Positions 18,284-27,805 of a stretch of DNA of 64,000 bases are shown here, one piece after another. The DNA is from Candidatus Omnitrophota bacterium (GTDB taxonomy: Bacteria; Omnitrophota; Gorgyraeia; Gygaellales; Profunditerraquicolaceae). A program made the position numbers and the translations under genes. The stretch lies in NCBI GenBank assembly GCA_041662125.1, contig JBAZTA010000006.1:5699-69698 (forward strand). Direction: 5' to 3'. Numbering within the stretch: position 1 is the stretch's first letter; each line of letters opens with the position of its first letter. The notes under the pieces were generated by a model. The model was not told the DNA's origin, did no database searches, and worked only from the letters and a program-made list of their open reading frames with translations.

Positions 18284-20251
18284 TTATTCATACCGCAGCG
18301 CTTCGATAGGGTCAAGTTGAGAAGCTTTTTGAGCGGGCCAGAGGCCAAAGACGACTCCAACGACTAATGAAAATGTCGTGGCAAGAACTATTGAAGCAGG
18401 CGCAACTCTTACTGCCCATCCGGCAAACATAGTTATTAAAACCGCGGTCCCCGTTCCAAATAGAATACCTGCCACCCCGCCAATAAACGACATTAAAACC
18501 GCTTCAATAAGAAACTGCACCATAATATCTTTATTATTAGCGCCTATCGCCTTACGCAGGCCGATCTCACGGGTACGCTCAGACACTGAAACAAGCATAA
18601 TATTCATAATACCGATACCTCCGACTAAAAGCGAAATAGCGGCAATCGACCCCAATAACAGCGACATTGTTTTAGTTGTCGCTTCAAGAGTATTCTTAAT
18701 ATCAGTCATGTTACGGATTTCAAACGAATCTTCCGCGTCTTTCGGATTTAAACGGTGTTGTTTTATAATTACTTCAGATATCGATTCTTGCGCAGATTCT
18801 ATTAAATCAGGGCTTTTTGCTTCCACATAAATAGTATCAACATATTCTTTTCCGAACACCCGATACATTGCGGTCGTGATCGGGATAAGCGCGTTATCAT
18901 CCTGGTCTCGAAACGTACTTGCACCCTTACTCGGGAGCACGCCAATAACCTTGAAATTATTCAGGTTTATCTTTATCATTTCACCGACAGGATTAGCATC
19001 TCCAAAAAGCTCCCGGACAACTGTTGTTCCCAGTAACACAACTTTATCCCTGGCTCTAATTTCATCTTCAGTAAAAAGCCTGCCTACTTCAGGCATTGAA
19101 GCGCGCATGGCCGCATAATCTATTCCCACCCCTTCTACCTGCGTACTCCAATTTTTATTACCGTATACCATCTGGCCTCTTCCTGTCACTGAAGCACTTA
19201 CCCTATTAACTTCATCAGAAAGTTGTTTAATAGCAGTAACATCCTGCAGCGTCAAGCGAGTTACCGTACCGCTCTCTAAGGCTACACCATGAATGCGAGA
19301 AGATCCGGGCCTGACCACTAAAAGGTTAGAACCCAATGATGCAAGTTGTTTCTCAATTGATTCTTTCGCGCCAGCGCCGATCGCAAGCATCGCGATCACC
19401 GCAGCCACACCGATCAATATCCCCAGGATAGACAAAAATGACCGCATTTTATGGGTTACCATTGACACCGCTGCCTGACGCAGGTAATCTAAGAATTTGG
19501 TCCCCCGGGCGAGTCTTTCTGGCTCAGATAAAACAACATCAATGATAGAATCCGCCTGACTTTCAGGCAGGCTCTTTATTTCTGATGATTTCTTATCAGA
19601 AATAATCCGGCCGTCACGCATAAGAATGATCCGCTTGGCAGCAACGGCAACTTCATTTTCATGGGTAACCATGACAATGGTCTTACCTTTACGATTAAGC
19701 TCCTTCAGAATAGAGATAATTTCTTCCTTACTTTTTGAATCAAGGTTACCGGTAGGCTCATCCGCCATCAATATTAAAGGATCATTCACCAAAGAACGCG
19801 CGATCGCCACGCGCTGCTGCTGTCCGCCGGAAAGCTCATTAGGGCGGTGAGTCATTCTGTCAGAGAGGCCTACTTCCGCGATCTTCTGACGGGCCTTTTC
19901 CAAAAGAGCGCGTTTACCGGCATAAATTAAAGGCAGCGCCGCATTCTCTAAGGCCGTCATACGAGGAAGAAGATGGAACTGTTGAAAAACAAAACCTACC
20001 AGCCGGTTTCGTACCGCGGATAATTCTTCATCAGTAAGTTTATTAACTACCCTCTTGCCCAAACAGTATTCTCCGGAATCCGGCCTGTCAAGTAAACCTA
20101 ACAAATGCATAAGTGTCGACTTCCCTGATCCCGAAGGCCCCATGATCGCCACAAACTCACCGGGGGAAATAGTCAAAGAAACATCCTCCAGAGCACGGAC
20201 TTCGATATCACCCATTTGATAGGTCTTATACACATGTTTTAATTCGATCAT
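18284..20251 (-). CDS. macB: MacB-type ABC transporter (N-terminal ATPase fused to FtsX-like permease)
   Basis: 655 aa. Walker A 'GPSGSGKST', ABC signature 'LSGGQQQRVAIAR', then a large periplasmic domain between TM1 and TM2 and a 4-TM FtsX-type C-terminus. Confidence 0.85.
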   Translation of the reverse strand: MIELKHVYKTYQMGDIEVRALEDVSLTISPGEFVAIMGPSGSGKSTLMHLLGLLDRPDSGEYCLGKRVVNKLTDEELSAVRNRLVGFVFQQFHLLPRMTALENAALPLIYAGKRALLEKARQKIAEVGLSDRMTHRPNELSGGQQQRVAIARSLVNDPLILMADEPTGNLDSKSKEEIISILKELNRKGKTIVMVTHENEVAVAAKRIILMRDGRIISDKKSSEIKSLPESQADSIIDVVLSEPERLARGTKFLDYLRQAAVSMVTHKMRSFLSILGILIGVAAVIAMLAIGAGAKESIEKQLASLGSNLLVVRPGSSRIHGVALESGTVTRLTLQDVTAIKQLSDEVNRVSASVTGRGQMVYGNKNWSTQVEGVGIDYAAMRASMPEVGRLFTEDEIRARDKVVLLGTTVVRELFGDANPVGEMIKINLNNFKVIGVLPSKGASTFRDQDDNALIPITTAMYRVFGKEYVDTIYVEAKSPDLIESAQESISEVIIKQHRLNPKDAEDSFEIRNMTDIKNTLEATTKTMSLLLGSIAAISLLVGGIGIMNIMLVSVSERTREIGLRKAIGANNKDIMVQFLIEAVLMSFIGGVAGILFGTGTAVLITMFAGWAVRVAPASIVLATTFSLVVGVVFGLWPAQKASQLDPIEALRYE

Positions 20252-21207
20252 TATCTTCTGCGCCCCGGCATAAAGGGATTCTTGCCTGTTGAATTCTGGG
20301 GAAGTTTATATTGCTTTGATCTTACCATTATCCGGTCATTCTGGGTGACCCCGGAAAGCACTTCTACATTCTTATCATCAGAAACGCCTAGTTTAACGCG
20401 TGAGCGTAGCGGATCCTTGCCATTACCCTGCATTAACAAGACATAACTCTCTTTGTTATCCTTATTTATTGCTTCAGCCGGTATAAGCAGAACATTTTCT
20501 TTATCCTGCTCAATGAAATCGACCGTCGCATTCATGCCGGAACGGAAAAAAATCGGGATCTGCTGCGGGGCCAAATCCACCTCGTAAATAGTCACATTAT
20601 TGACTGTCTGAGACTCATAATAAATATGTTCAACCGTTGATTTTATGATCACATCGGGATACGCATCAAGGGTAACGTTAGCTTTTTTATCAAGGGTGAT
20701 CTTACCGATATCTGTTTCATCAACTTGAGCCCTCACGATCAAATGGTCAGATAAAACCACAACGGCATCGGCAGTCGTGACTGTTGAGCCGGGCTGAGTC
20801 TTGGCAACAATGACCTGGCCGTCGATCGGCGCAGGCATTGGTATCGGCTTATACGCTTCTTCCCAGTATTTATATACCTCATCCCCCTTGCCCCTGGCAG
20901 CATCCAGCAAGGCCGCCCGTTCAGTTGAGCTCATCCAAGCCAGGATCTGCCCGGCTTTTACTTCATCCCCCTCCTTGACTAAAATCCGTTCTATCCTGCC
21001 GTTTACCGGAGGCTTAACCTCTAATCGGTTTTTCGGAAGTACTGTCCCGGTAGATGAAATAAAGGTCTTAATAGAGCCAATAAAAGGCGAAACCTCTTTA
21101 ATAACTTCACCATTGACCTTCTTTTGATTCAATCTCCAGATCACCGCACCAGCGGCAATAACCACAACAAAAAGCGTAATGAATATTTTTAATTTTTTAT
21201 GGCGCAT
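20251..21207 (-). CDS. macA: MacA/HlyD-family periplasmic adaptor protein
   Basis: 318 aa with an N-terminal TM anchor and lipoyl-like and beta-barrel motifs. Overlaps macB by 1 nt. Confidence 0.8.
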   Translation of the reverse strand: MRHKKLKIFITLFVVVIAAGAVIWRLNQKKVNGEVIKEVSPFIGSIKTFISSTGTVLPKNRLEVKPPVNGRIERILVKEGDEVKAGQILAWMSSTERAALLDAARGKGDEVYKYWEEAYKPIPMPAPIDGQVIVAKTQPGSTVTTADAVVVLSDHLIVRAQVDETDIGKITLDKKANVTLDAYPDVIIKSTVEHIYYESQTVNNVTIYEVDLAPQQIPIFFRSGMNATVDFIEQDKENVLLIPAEAINKDNKESYVLLMQGNGKDPLRSRVKLGVSDDKNVEVLSGVTQNDRIMVRSKQYKLPQNSTGKNPFMPGRRR

Positions 21208-22483
21208 ATTCCAATATCTCTCCTTTCGCCTGGACCCAATAAGCCTCTGCTAATAAAGCGTTGGCCTCTGCGTTCAAAAAAACTTTTTTTCTGCTGACCA
21301 AATCATCTTCTATTATCGTCCAGGTATCAAACTGGATCAATCCTAATGAATATTGCGCTTCAGCGATCTTCGAGCGCTCTTCAACAGCCGCAAGGAATTT
21401 CCTTTCCACCGCAACTGTCTCAAGGGCATCCTGCAACGCAGCCCATGACTGCTGCAGGCCAACTATGATACTGTCTCTGGTACTTCGCTGATCAGCTTCT
21501 GCCTGATTATATATTGCTTTTGCCTGCGCGACTTGGGCGGACCGCAATCCTCCCTCAAACAAAGGGAAACTCAAAACTAACCCCGCATCCAATTGGTCGT
21601 TTTGCGGCAAGAAACGCGCCCCGGTCCTGTTTGCTGCAGCCTGTATTGATAGCTGAGGAAAATAATTGGCTTGCGCGGCCTTAATACTAAAAGAAGCGGA
21701 ATTTTTTTGCGCGATACTTTTGCCCAAAGACGGATGTTTACCTGCCAACGCCTCAAGATCAGGTTTTTCCAAAACCGCATCGTGCACATTAAAATCACCC
21801 AAGACCTTTATCAAGGAAAAACCATTCCTTCCGATCTCTTTAGTCAATTGGCTTTGCGCGACCTCAAACGCCCGTTTATTTTGAGTAATCTCAAATTCTG
21901 ATTGAGCTAAATTCGCCTGCGCGGTCAAAAGCGCGCCCTTATGTTCCATACCTGATTCATAGCGCAAGGTGATCAACTCTAAATTACTTCTTCTGATCGA
22001 ATAAATCTCCTGGGTTAGATTTAATAATTCCTGAGCCTTAAGCAGGTCAATAAATGCGGTCCGTAAACGAAGCCGCACTTCTGATGAAATGAAGGAAAAG
22101 TTATATTGAGCGGCTTTGATATTCTCCCCAGCTGAGCTAACCTCGTTGTTTGTTTTTTCCCCGTCGAAAAGCAGTTGACTGGCGCTGGCGCCATACTGAA
22201 ACGAATTCGCCGTCTTTTTGGTTTTATTTGAAGAAGCACTCGTTGTCGTCATAGACCGGGAAGCATCCAACGACGCATTGACCTGGGGGGCCAACGCGCT
22301 CTTGGAGATCGATTTGGCGGCTTCGGTTTGTTTAACAAATTCATGCGCCGATATTAGATCAGGATGGTTTTTTTGCGCTTCACGTAAACAATCCTGCCAG
22401 GTCAAAACCTCTTGCGCCTGTACGAATAGCGCGTGAGCAAACACAAGCAATACGCTCGCGCAAAAAACAGCAACTCTCTTCAT
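21197..22483 (-). CDS. TolC-family outer membrane efflux protein
   Basis: 428 aa, signal peptide, two repeated coiled-coil/beta halves typical of outer-membrane factors. Overlaps macA. Confidence 0.8.
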   Translation of the reverse strand: MKRVAVFCASVLLVFAHALFVQAQEVLTWQDCLREAQKNHPDLISAHEFVKQTEAAKSISKSALAPQVNASLDASRSMTTTSASSNKTKKTANSFQYGASASQLLFDGEKTNNEVSSAGENIKAAQYNFSFISSEVRLRLRTAFIDLLKAQELLNLTQEIYSIRRSNLELITLRYESGMEHKGALLTAQANLAQSEFEITQNKRAFEVAQSQLTKEIGRNGFSLIKVLGDFNVHDAVLEKPDLEALAGKHPSLGKSIAQKNSASFSIKAAQANYFPQLSIQAAANRTGARFLPQNDQLDAGLVLSFPLFEGGLRSAQVAQAKAIYNQAEADQRSTRDSIIVGLQQSWAALQDALETVAVERKFLAAVEERSKIAEAQYSLGLIQFDTWTIIEDDLVSRKKVFLNAEANALLAEAYWVQAKGEILEYAP

Positions 22484-22731
22484 TATTGCTCGTCCTTGAC
22501 CATAGGTTTAGTCTTGATCTTTGCCAGCATCGCGTTTGCCTGAGAAAGGAACTCACTGAACTGTTCAGCAGGCACCAGGCCTATCGGCCCTCCCCCGGAC
22601 TTGGCAAAAACGATCAGTTTATCCCCGGAATTGATCTTGAACATTTTCCTCACCTCAACCGGGATCACGATCTGTCCCCGCTCTCCTACCGTTACCGCTC
22701 CAAACAACTTAGGCATAGGGAATTTTTCCAT
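22483..22731 (-). CDS. AbrB/SpoVT-family transcriptional regulator
   Basis: 82 aa 'LFGAVTVGERGQIVIPVEVRKMFKINSGDKLIVF' is the swapped-hairpin AbrB domain. First gene of the TolC-MacAB operon. Confidence 0.7.
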   Translation of the reverse strand: MEKFPMPKLFGAVTVGERGQIVIPVEVRKMFKINSGDKLIVFAKSGGGPIGLVPAEQFSEFLSQANAMLAKIKTKPMVKDEQ

Positions 22732-22743
22732 AGGATTATCTCC

Positions 22744-22816
22744 ATTTACGTAAATATGATTTACATGATTTATGTGACTTATATGATAAGTATATCAAAT
22801 CATACTTACTTGTCAA
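22744..22816 (-). promoter_or_regulatory. promoter plus palindromic operator of the AbrB-like operon
   Basis: Minus strand TTGACA-16nt-TATACT (22789..22816). The 5'UTR carries the perfect palindrome ATTTACGTAAAT (22744..22755) and TAAATCAT direct repeats overlapping the SD region. Confidence 0.45.
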
Positions 22817-22847
22817 GGAAATTCCTCAAAAAACGCGTTGATCCTGC

Positions 22848-23390
22848 CTAATTCCCATAGAGGGCCTGCAATTGTTCGACTGTAGGATTCCCCTCGTAAT
22901 ATTCTCCCTGCGGCCCAACATAGCCTGACCCTCGTTTCACTAAGGTAACAGCAATAAAGCCACCTCTTACCTGAGGAACATTGATCACCACAGTTCCCGA
23001 AGTCGGAGCAGGAACAACAAAATATCCTCTCGGATGCCTGCGATAGTAAATATGGTTGTAATAATAGTATGGCTCACCCGCTACAATAACCGTGCTGTAC
23101 CCAAAGGGGAGGCTGGTGATAATCGCGCCGAGAGGAGGGGCATTCAAACTGAACGAAATACCAAACCACCCCGGCCGGTAAAACCTGCCCTGATGGTAGT
23201 AGTACCTATTATGATTGACTACCACGACTTCCCGGTGGGTCCGATAGTGACTGTCTCCTCTATGATCGCCGCGCACATCTCCATGCTCCCTGCCGCCATC
23301 CCTGGCAAACGCAGCAGAATAAGGCACTATGACTGACAAACACAACACTATCACTAACCACACTCTTAACACATTATATTTTTCTTTCAT
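22848..23390 (-). CDS. secreted Tyr/His/Arg-rich protein of unknown function
   Basis: 180 aa, signal peptide, then 'REHGDVRGDHRGDSHYRTHRE' (potential metal-binding) and Tyr-runs (YYYH, YYYYNHIYY). Confidence 0.45.
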   Translation of the reverse strand: MKEKYNVLRVWLVIVLCLSVIVPYSAAFARDGGREHGDVRGDHRGDSHYRTHREVVVVNHNRYYYHQGRFYRPGWFGISFSLNAPPLGAIITSLPFGYSTVIVAGEPYYYYNHIYYRRHPRGYFVVPAPTSGTVVINVPQVRGGFIAVTLVKRGSGYVGPQGEYYEGNPTVEQLQALYGN

Positions 23391-23611
23391 TTTCCCCTCC
23401 TCGGTAGGTTAAACTCTTACTCGATACGGTTTTTTCTCCTCCTCTTACCACTTAGACAACGAGAATACGAAAAAAGTTCCAGCCAAGAGTTTTTCTAAGA
23501 TTACCAGCCAAATGAGAAAGGTTAATGCTTCGGGATGGATTTTCGATATAATTAATGAAGGTAAGGCTGATTATGATCCGGAAGGAAAAAACATGCAGTA
23601 TCTAACTATTC

Positions 23612-24973
23612 TTAACCCATAAACTCCGGCGATTCAAAAAGAGAAGAATTCATCCATTTGCGCTGCCAATACCGCCGGGTAAGAAAGATCGTCTGTATGA
23701 TTATCGAAATGTTCATCGACCACCAGACAGCAACCGCTCCAAACCCGAAATACACCCCTAACAAGTAACTCAAAGGCAAGCGCACCAGCCAGATGCTCAG
23801 AGAAACAACTTTCATCACTCCCCGCGTATCCCCTGCGCCATTCAGGCATCCTCCTAAGATTACACCCCAGGCCATAACCGGCTCAAAAATAAGGCTGATG
23901 CGGATATAACGAACACACTCAGAAACGACGATCTCATTTTTAGAAAGCAGCAAAGCGATCGGCCGCGCAAAAACCATCCCCAAAACCGATAAAACAGTAA
24001 CAATACCCACACCTACCGCAGCAGTGACCAACCCTGAATGAAAAGCCTGCTGGCTTTTCTTCCCGCCCAACAGATTCCCCGTCAAAACAGCGGCAGCCAG
24101 ATTAAACGCAAATGCAGGCAGGAATATCGCCGACTCAACCTTCAATCCATTCGTAAAAGCCGCCAGTAATTCAACATTATGATACGGCAATTTGCTTAAT
24201 ACCAGATATAACACAAGCGCGGCTAACTGCCATAATATCTGCAAGAGCCCCGCAGGCCAGCCTATATGAAAAACCTTCATTGCCGCTTTCCAGGAAAATG
24301 TATAAAAGCCATCCATAAGTTTACGGATAAAAACCATATTTATTAAAACCCCGGCCATCGAACTGACGACCGTAGCCACCGCAATCCCCTGGTATCCAAG
24401 CGAGGTCCCGAACGCGAAAGCAAAATTAAGTATTATATTTAACAAACAAACGACCAGCATGGTCCCCAGAGACCTTTTGATCATTTTACAGGCTCGTAAT
24501 ATACCGTTGGTGGCAATCAGTGAGTAGTTGAACAAAAGCCCCACGGAATAAATACGCAGAAAAGCAGTCGCCAAACCTTTCAGCTCATCAGGCACATCCA
24601 TAGCTCGAATAACGGGTCCGGAAAATATAAACCCGATCACGCTCGCTATCAGGCCGCAACAAAAAGTCAATATAAGTGTGGAATCAAGCGTGCGGTTGAA
24701 TTCTTCCTTTTCACCGGAAGTAAACAGCCTCGACAAAATAGACACCGCGCCAACCGTAATGGCAAAAACAATAATGCTCAAAATAAAATATATCTGGCTC
24801 GCCAGGCCGTACGCAGCCTGCACCTCTTTCCCGAACATACCCGCGACATAAACATCGGAAAAACCGATAAGAAAGATAAAGAACATGATCACAGCCATAG
24901 GCCAGCTTATTGCCCAGCTTTCTTTCAAGATACTCGTATCACGCAATAACCGCTGCAGGTTAGCCTTCATCAA
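23612..24973 (-). CDS. MATE-family efflux transporter
   Basis: 453 aa, 12 TM, NorM-like N-terminus. Confidence 0.85.
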   Translation of the reverse strand: MMKANLQRLLRDTSILKESWAISWPMAVIMFFIFLIGFSDVYVAGMFGKEVQAAYGLASQIYFILSIIVFAITVGAVSILSRLFTSGEKEEFNRTLDSTLILTFCCGLIASVIGFIFSGPVIRAMDVPDELKGLATAFLRIYSVGLLFNYSLIATNGILRACKMIKRSLGTMLVVCLLNIILNFAFAFGTSLGYQGIAVATVVSSMAGVLINMVFIRKLMDGFYTFSWKAAMKVFHIGWPAGLLQILWQLAALVLYLVLSKLPYHNVELLAAFTNGLKVESAIFLPAFAFNLAAAVLTGNLLGGKKSQQAFHSGLVTAAVGVGIVTVLSVLGMVFARPIALLLSKNEIVVSECVRYIRISLIFEPVMAWGVILGGCLNGAGDTRGVMKVVSLSIWLVRLPLSYLLGVYFGFGAVAVWWSMNISIIIQTIFLTRRYWQRKWMNSSLFESPEFMG

Positions 24974-26607
24974 CTTTTATCCTCTTCACTCATAGTTTTA
25001 TACAACGCATGCCGCTGCTCTTTGATCTGCTCATGAGCAAGGTATTCGTCATAGCTCATAGCGCGGTCGATATATCCACAGGGAGTTATCTCAATAATAC
25101 GGTTGGCAACAGTCTGCACCAATTGATGGTCATGCGAAGAAAACAGGATGGTCCCGGCGAATTTTTCAAGGCCCCGGTTAAGAGAAGTGATCGCTTCCAG
25201 GTCCAGGTGATTTGTCGGCTCATCGAGTATTAAAACGTTAGGCTGCGCAACCATCATACGGGCGAACATGCATTTTGCCTTCTCTCCTCCGGAAAGGACA
25301 TTTACCGGCTTCAAAGATTCATCTCCTGAAAAAAGCATTCTTCCCAGGAATGAACGGATAAACTCCTCATCTGCATTAGCCGAATACTGCCGAAGCCAGT
25401 CCACAACACTTAAATGAACGTTAAAATATGTTACATTGTCGCGCGGATAATACGCGCGTTTCACCGATGAACCCCATTTGAAACTTCCCTGGTCACTCTG
25501 GGCCTCCTGCATCAGGATCGCAAAAAGCATGGTCCTGGCAAGGTCATGCGGCCCCACAAACGCGACTTTATCTCCTCGATGAATAGTAATATTCAAACGC
25601 TCAAAACAAACCTGTCCGTCGACAGATTTAAATAAATTATTAATGCTTAAGATGTCATTACCGGCAGCTCGCTCTTGTTCAAAATTAATAAAAGGATACT
25701 TCCGGGAAGAAGGCTCGATATCATCAAAGGTAAGTTTTTCCAGGATCTTCTTACGGCTGGTCGCCTGGCGCGACTTAGACGCGTTATTGGCAAAACGCAT
25801 GATAAACTCTTTTAATTCTTTGCGTTGTTCCTCGATCTTTTTATTGGCTTCGCTGCGCTGGCGCGCCGCAAGCTGGCTTGCTTCAGACCAAAAAGTATAG
25901 TTGCCGGGATAAAGGTGGATCTTGCCGAAGTCGATATCCGCGATATGGGTGCAGACCTTATCCAGGAAATGCCGGTCGTGAGAGACTACGATCGCCGTAT
26001 TCTCAAAATAGCACAAAAACTCCTCCAGCCACATGCAAGACTCAACATCCAAGTGATTTGTCGGTTCATCCAAAAGCAGGATATCAGGATTACCGAACAA
26101 TGCCTGGGCTAATAAAACACGCACTTTCTGCCCGCTCTCCAGCTGTTTCATATGCAGCATATGCAACGACTCTTCGATCCCTAAATCACTTAACAACTTT
26201 GCCGCGTCAGATTCCGCGCTCCATCCTCCTAATTCCGTAAATTCACTCTCAAGCTCTGAAGCGCGCATGCCATCCTCAGCAGTAAACGGAGCCTTCGCAT
26301 ATAACGAGTTTTTCTCAGTAATGATCTCAAAAAGCTTCTTATGGCCCATAATGACCGTCATCAATACCGTGAACTTATCAAAAGCAAACTGGTCCTGTTT
26401 TAACACAGAAACACGCTTGCCCGGAGCAATAGCAACATCCCCCGCCGAAGAATCTATCTCTCCCGAGAGGATCTTTAAGAATGTAGATTTACCGCAGCCG
26501 TTAGCTCCGATCAAACCATAGCAATTTCCCGAAGAGAAAACGATATTAACGCCGGAGAAAAGTTTGCGCTGGCCAAACTGCAATGATACATTATTAACAG
26601 AAATCAT
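24970..26607 (-). CDS. ABC-F family ATPase (EttA/Uup-like translation factor)
   Basis: 545 aa, two ABC cassettes (GANGCGKST and a second Walker A) joined by a charged linker, no TMD. Confidence 0.85.
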   Translation of the reverse strand: MISVNNVSLQFGQRKLFSGVNIVFSSGNCYGLIGANGCGKSTFLKILSGEIDSSAGDVAIAPGKRVSVLKQDQFAFDKFTVLMTVIMGHKKLFEIITEKNSLYAKAPFTAEDGMRASELESEFTELGGWSAESDAAKLLSDLGIEESLHMLHMKQLESGQKVRVLLAQALFGNPDILLLDEPTNHLDVESCMWLEEFLCYFENTAIVVSHDRHFLDKVCTHIADIDFGKIHLYPGNYTFWSEASQLAARQRSEANKKIEEQRKELKEFIMRFANNASKSRQATSRKKILEKLTFDDIEPSSRKYPFINFEQERAAGNDILSINNLFKSVDGQVCFERLNITIHRGDKVAFVGPHDLARTMLFAILMQEAQSDQGSFKWGSSVKRAYYPRDNVTYFNVHLSVVDWLRQYSANADEEFIRSFLGRMLFSGDESLKPVNVLSGGEKAKCMFARMMVAQPNVLILDEPTNHLDLEAITSLNRGLEKFAGTILFSSHDHQLVQTVANRIIEITPCGYIDRAMSYDEYLAHEQIKEQRHALYKTMSEEDKS

Positions 26608-26743
26608 ACTATTATTCCTTGTTTAAAACAATTAATAAAAACTAAATTGGGATCAAATTAAGGATCGCTGGAAGGAATGTATTATAACAGCATGGTAAAA
26701 AAAGTAAAGCCCTGTATATATTACCTGCCCCTATAAACCTCGT

Positions 26744-27805
26744 TTATTTCGCTGGCAAATGGCACGCCGGCTTAATACCGCGCTTCTGGAAATACTGCTG
26801 ATGGTATTCTTCAGCAGGATAAAACACTTGAGCTGGAACGATCTGTGTTACGATCGGATCACGGAACTTACCTGATTTCGCAAGTTTATCCCGAGAAGCA
26901 AGCGCCGCAGACATCTGTTCAGGGCTATGATAAAAGATTGCCGAGCGGTATTGGCTACCGATATCAGGCCCCTGCTTATTCAAAGTCGTAGGATCATGAA
27001 TAGTCCAAAAAACATCCAGCAATTGCTCATACGATATGATGCCGGGATCATACTCTATTTCCAAGGCTTCCGCATGCCCTGTTTTATCAGTACAGACATC
27101 TTTATAAGCAGGATTCTTTGTTTTACCTGCGGTATACCCTACGACAGTCTTAATGACACCTTTGATCTGTGCGAACGCCGACTCAACCCCCCAAAAACAG
27201 CCTGCCGAAAAAATAGCTTTCTCAAATTTTGTTTTTTTCGGTATATCGATCTTTGCAAAAGCCAGCGCGACAGCATTAATACAATATCGTTTGCCGGTAG
27301 GCGGCGGGCCGTCATCAAAAACATGCCCCAGATGAGCGCCGCAGCGCGCACATATGACCTGCGTCCTTTTCATTCCAATGCTATTATCCTGCGCTTCCAA
27401 GACATTCAAGTCAGAAACAGGCTCCCAGAAACTCGGCCAGCCGGTTCCCGATTCAAATTTTGTCTCAACCAGAAACAAGTCAGTCCCGCAACAAACACAT
27501 CTATAGACTCCCTCTTTTTTTTCAGGAATAACACAATGGCCTTCGAATGGTTTTTCCGTGCCTTTTTGGCGCGTAACATAAAACTGTTCAGCAGTTAAGA
27601 TCTTTTTCCGCTCTGCCTCAGATCTACTGATCTTTTCTACTTCTTCGACCTGAGCGGTTGCGGCATTAAATATCTTGACCTTCCGGGGTCCTTCTCCTGA
27701 ATATACATCCATATGCCCTCCCAAAATTACAAAAACCATCACTACCGATAAAAGAAAACACATTACAGGACTTCTCCAGAATTCAAACGTCTGCTTTAAA
27801 ACCAT
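26744..27805 (-). CDS. msrAB: bifunctional peptide-methionine sulfoxide reductase MsrB-MsrA with N-terminal membrane anchor
   Basis: MsrB zinc CxxC pairs (CVCCG...CARCG) and 'RCVCCGTDLF...GWPSF', then the MsrA 'GCFWGVES' motif. N-terminal TM helix. Confidence 0.85.
   Translation of the reverse strand: MVLKQTFEFWRSPVMCFLLSVVMVFVILGGHMDVYSGEGPRKVKIFNAATAQVEEVEKISRSEAERKKILTAEQFYVTRQKGTEKPFEGHCVIPEKKEGVYRCVCCGTDLFLVETKFESGTGWPSFWEPVSDLNVLEAQDNSIGMKRTQVICARCGAHLGHVFDDGPPPTGKRYCINAVALAFAKIDIPKKTKFEKAIFSAGCFWGVESAFAQIKGVIKTVVGYTAGKTKNPAYKDVCTDKTGHAEALEIEYDPGIISYEQLLDVFWTIHDPTTLNKQGPDIGSQYRSAIFYHSPEQMSAALASRDKLAKSGKFRDPIVTQIVPAQVFYPAEEYHQQYFQKRGIKPACHLPAK

Noticed and set aside
22486-22851. 121-aa plus-strand ORF antisense to the AbrB-like gene and its promoter
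   Set aside because: It overlaps a well-supported regulator gene plus its promoter on the other strand. No SD, and the low-complexity His/Arg-rich translation looks spurious.
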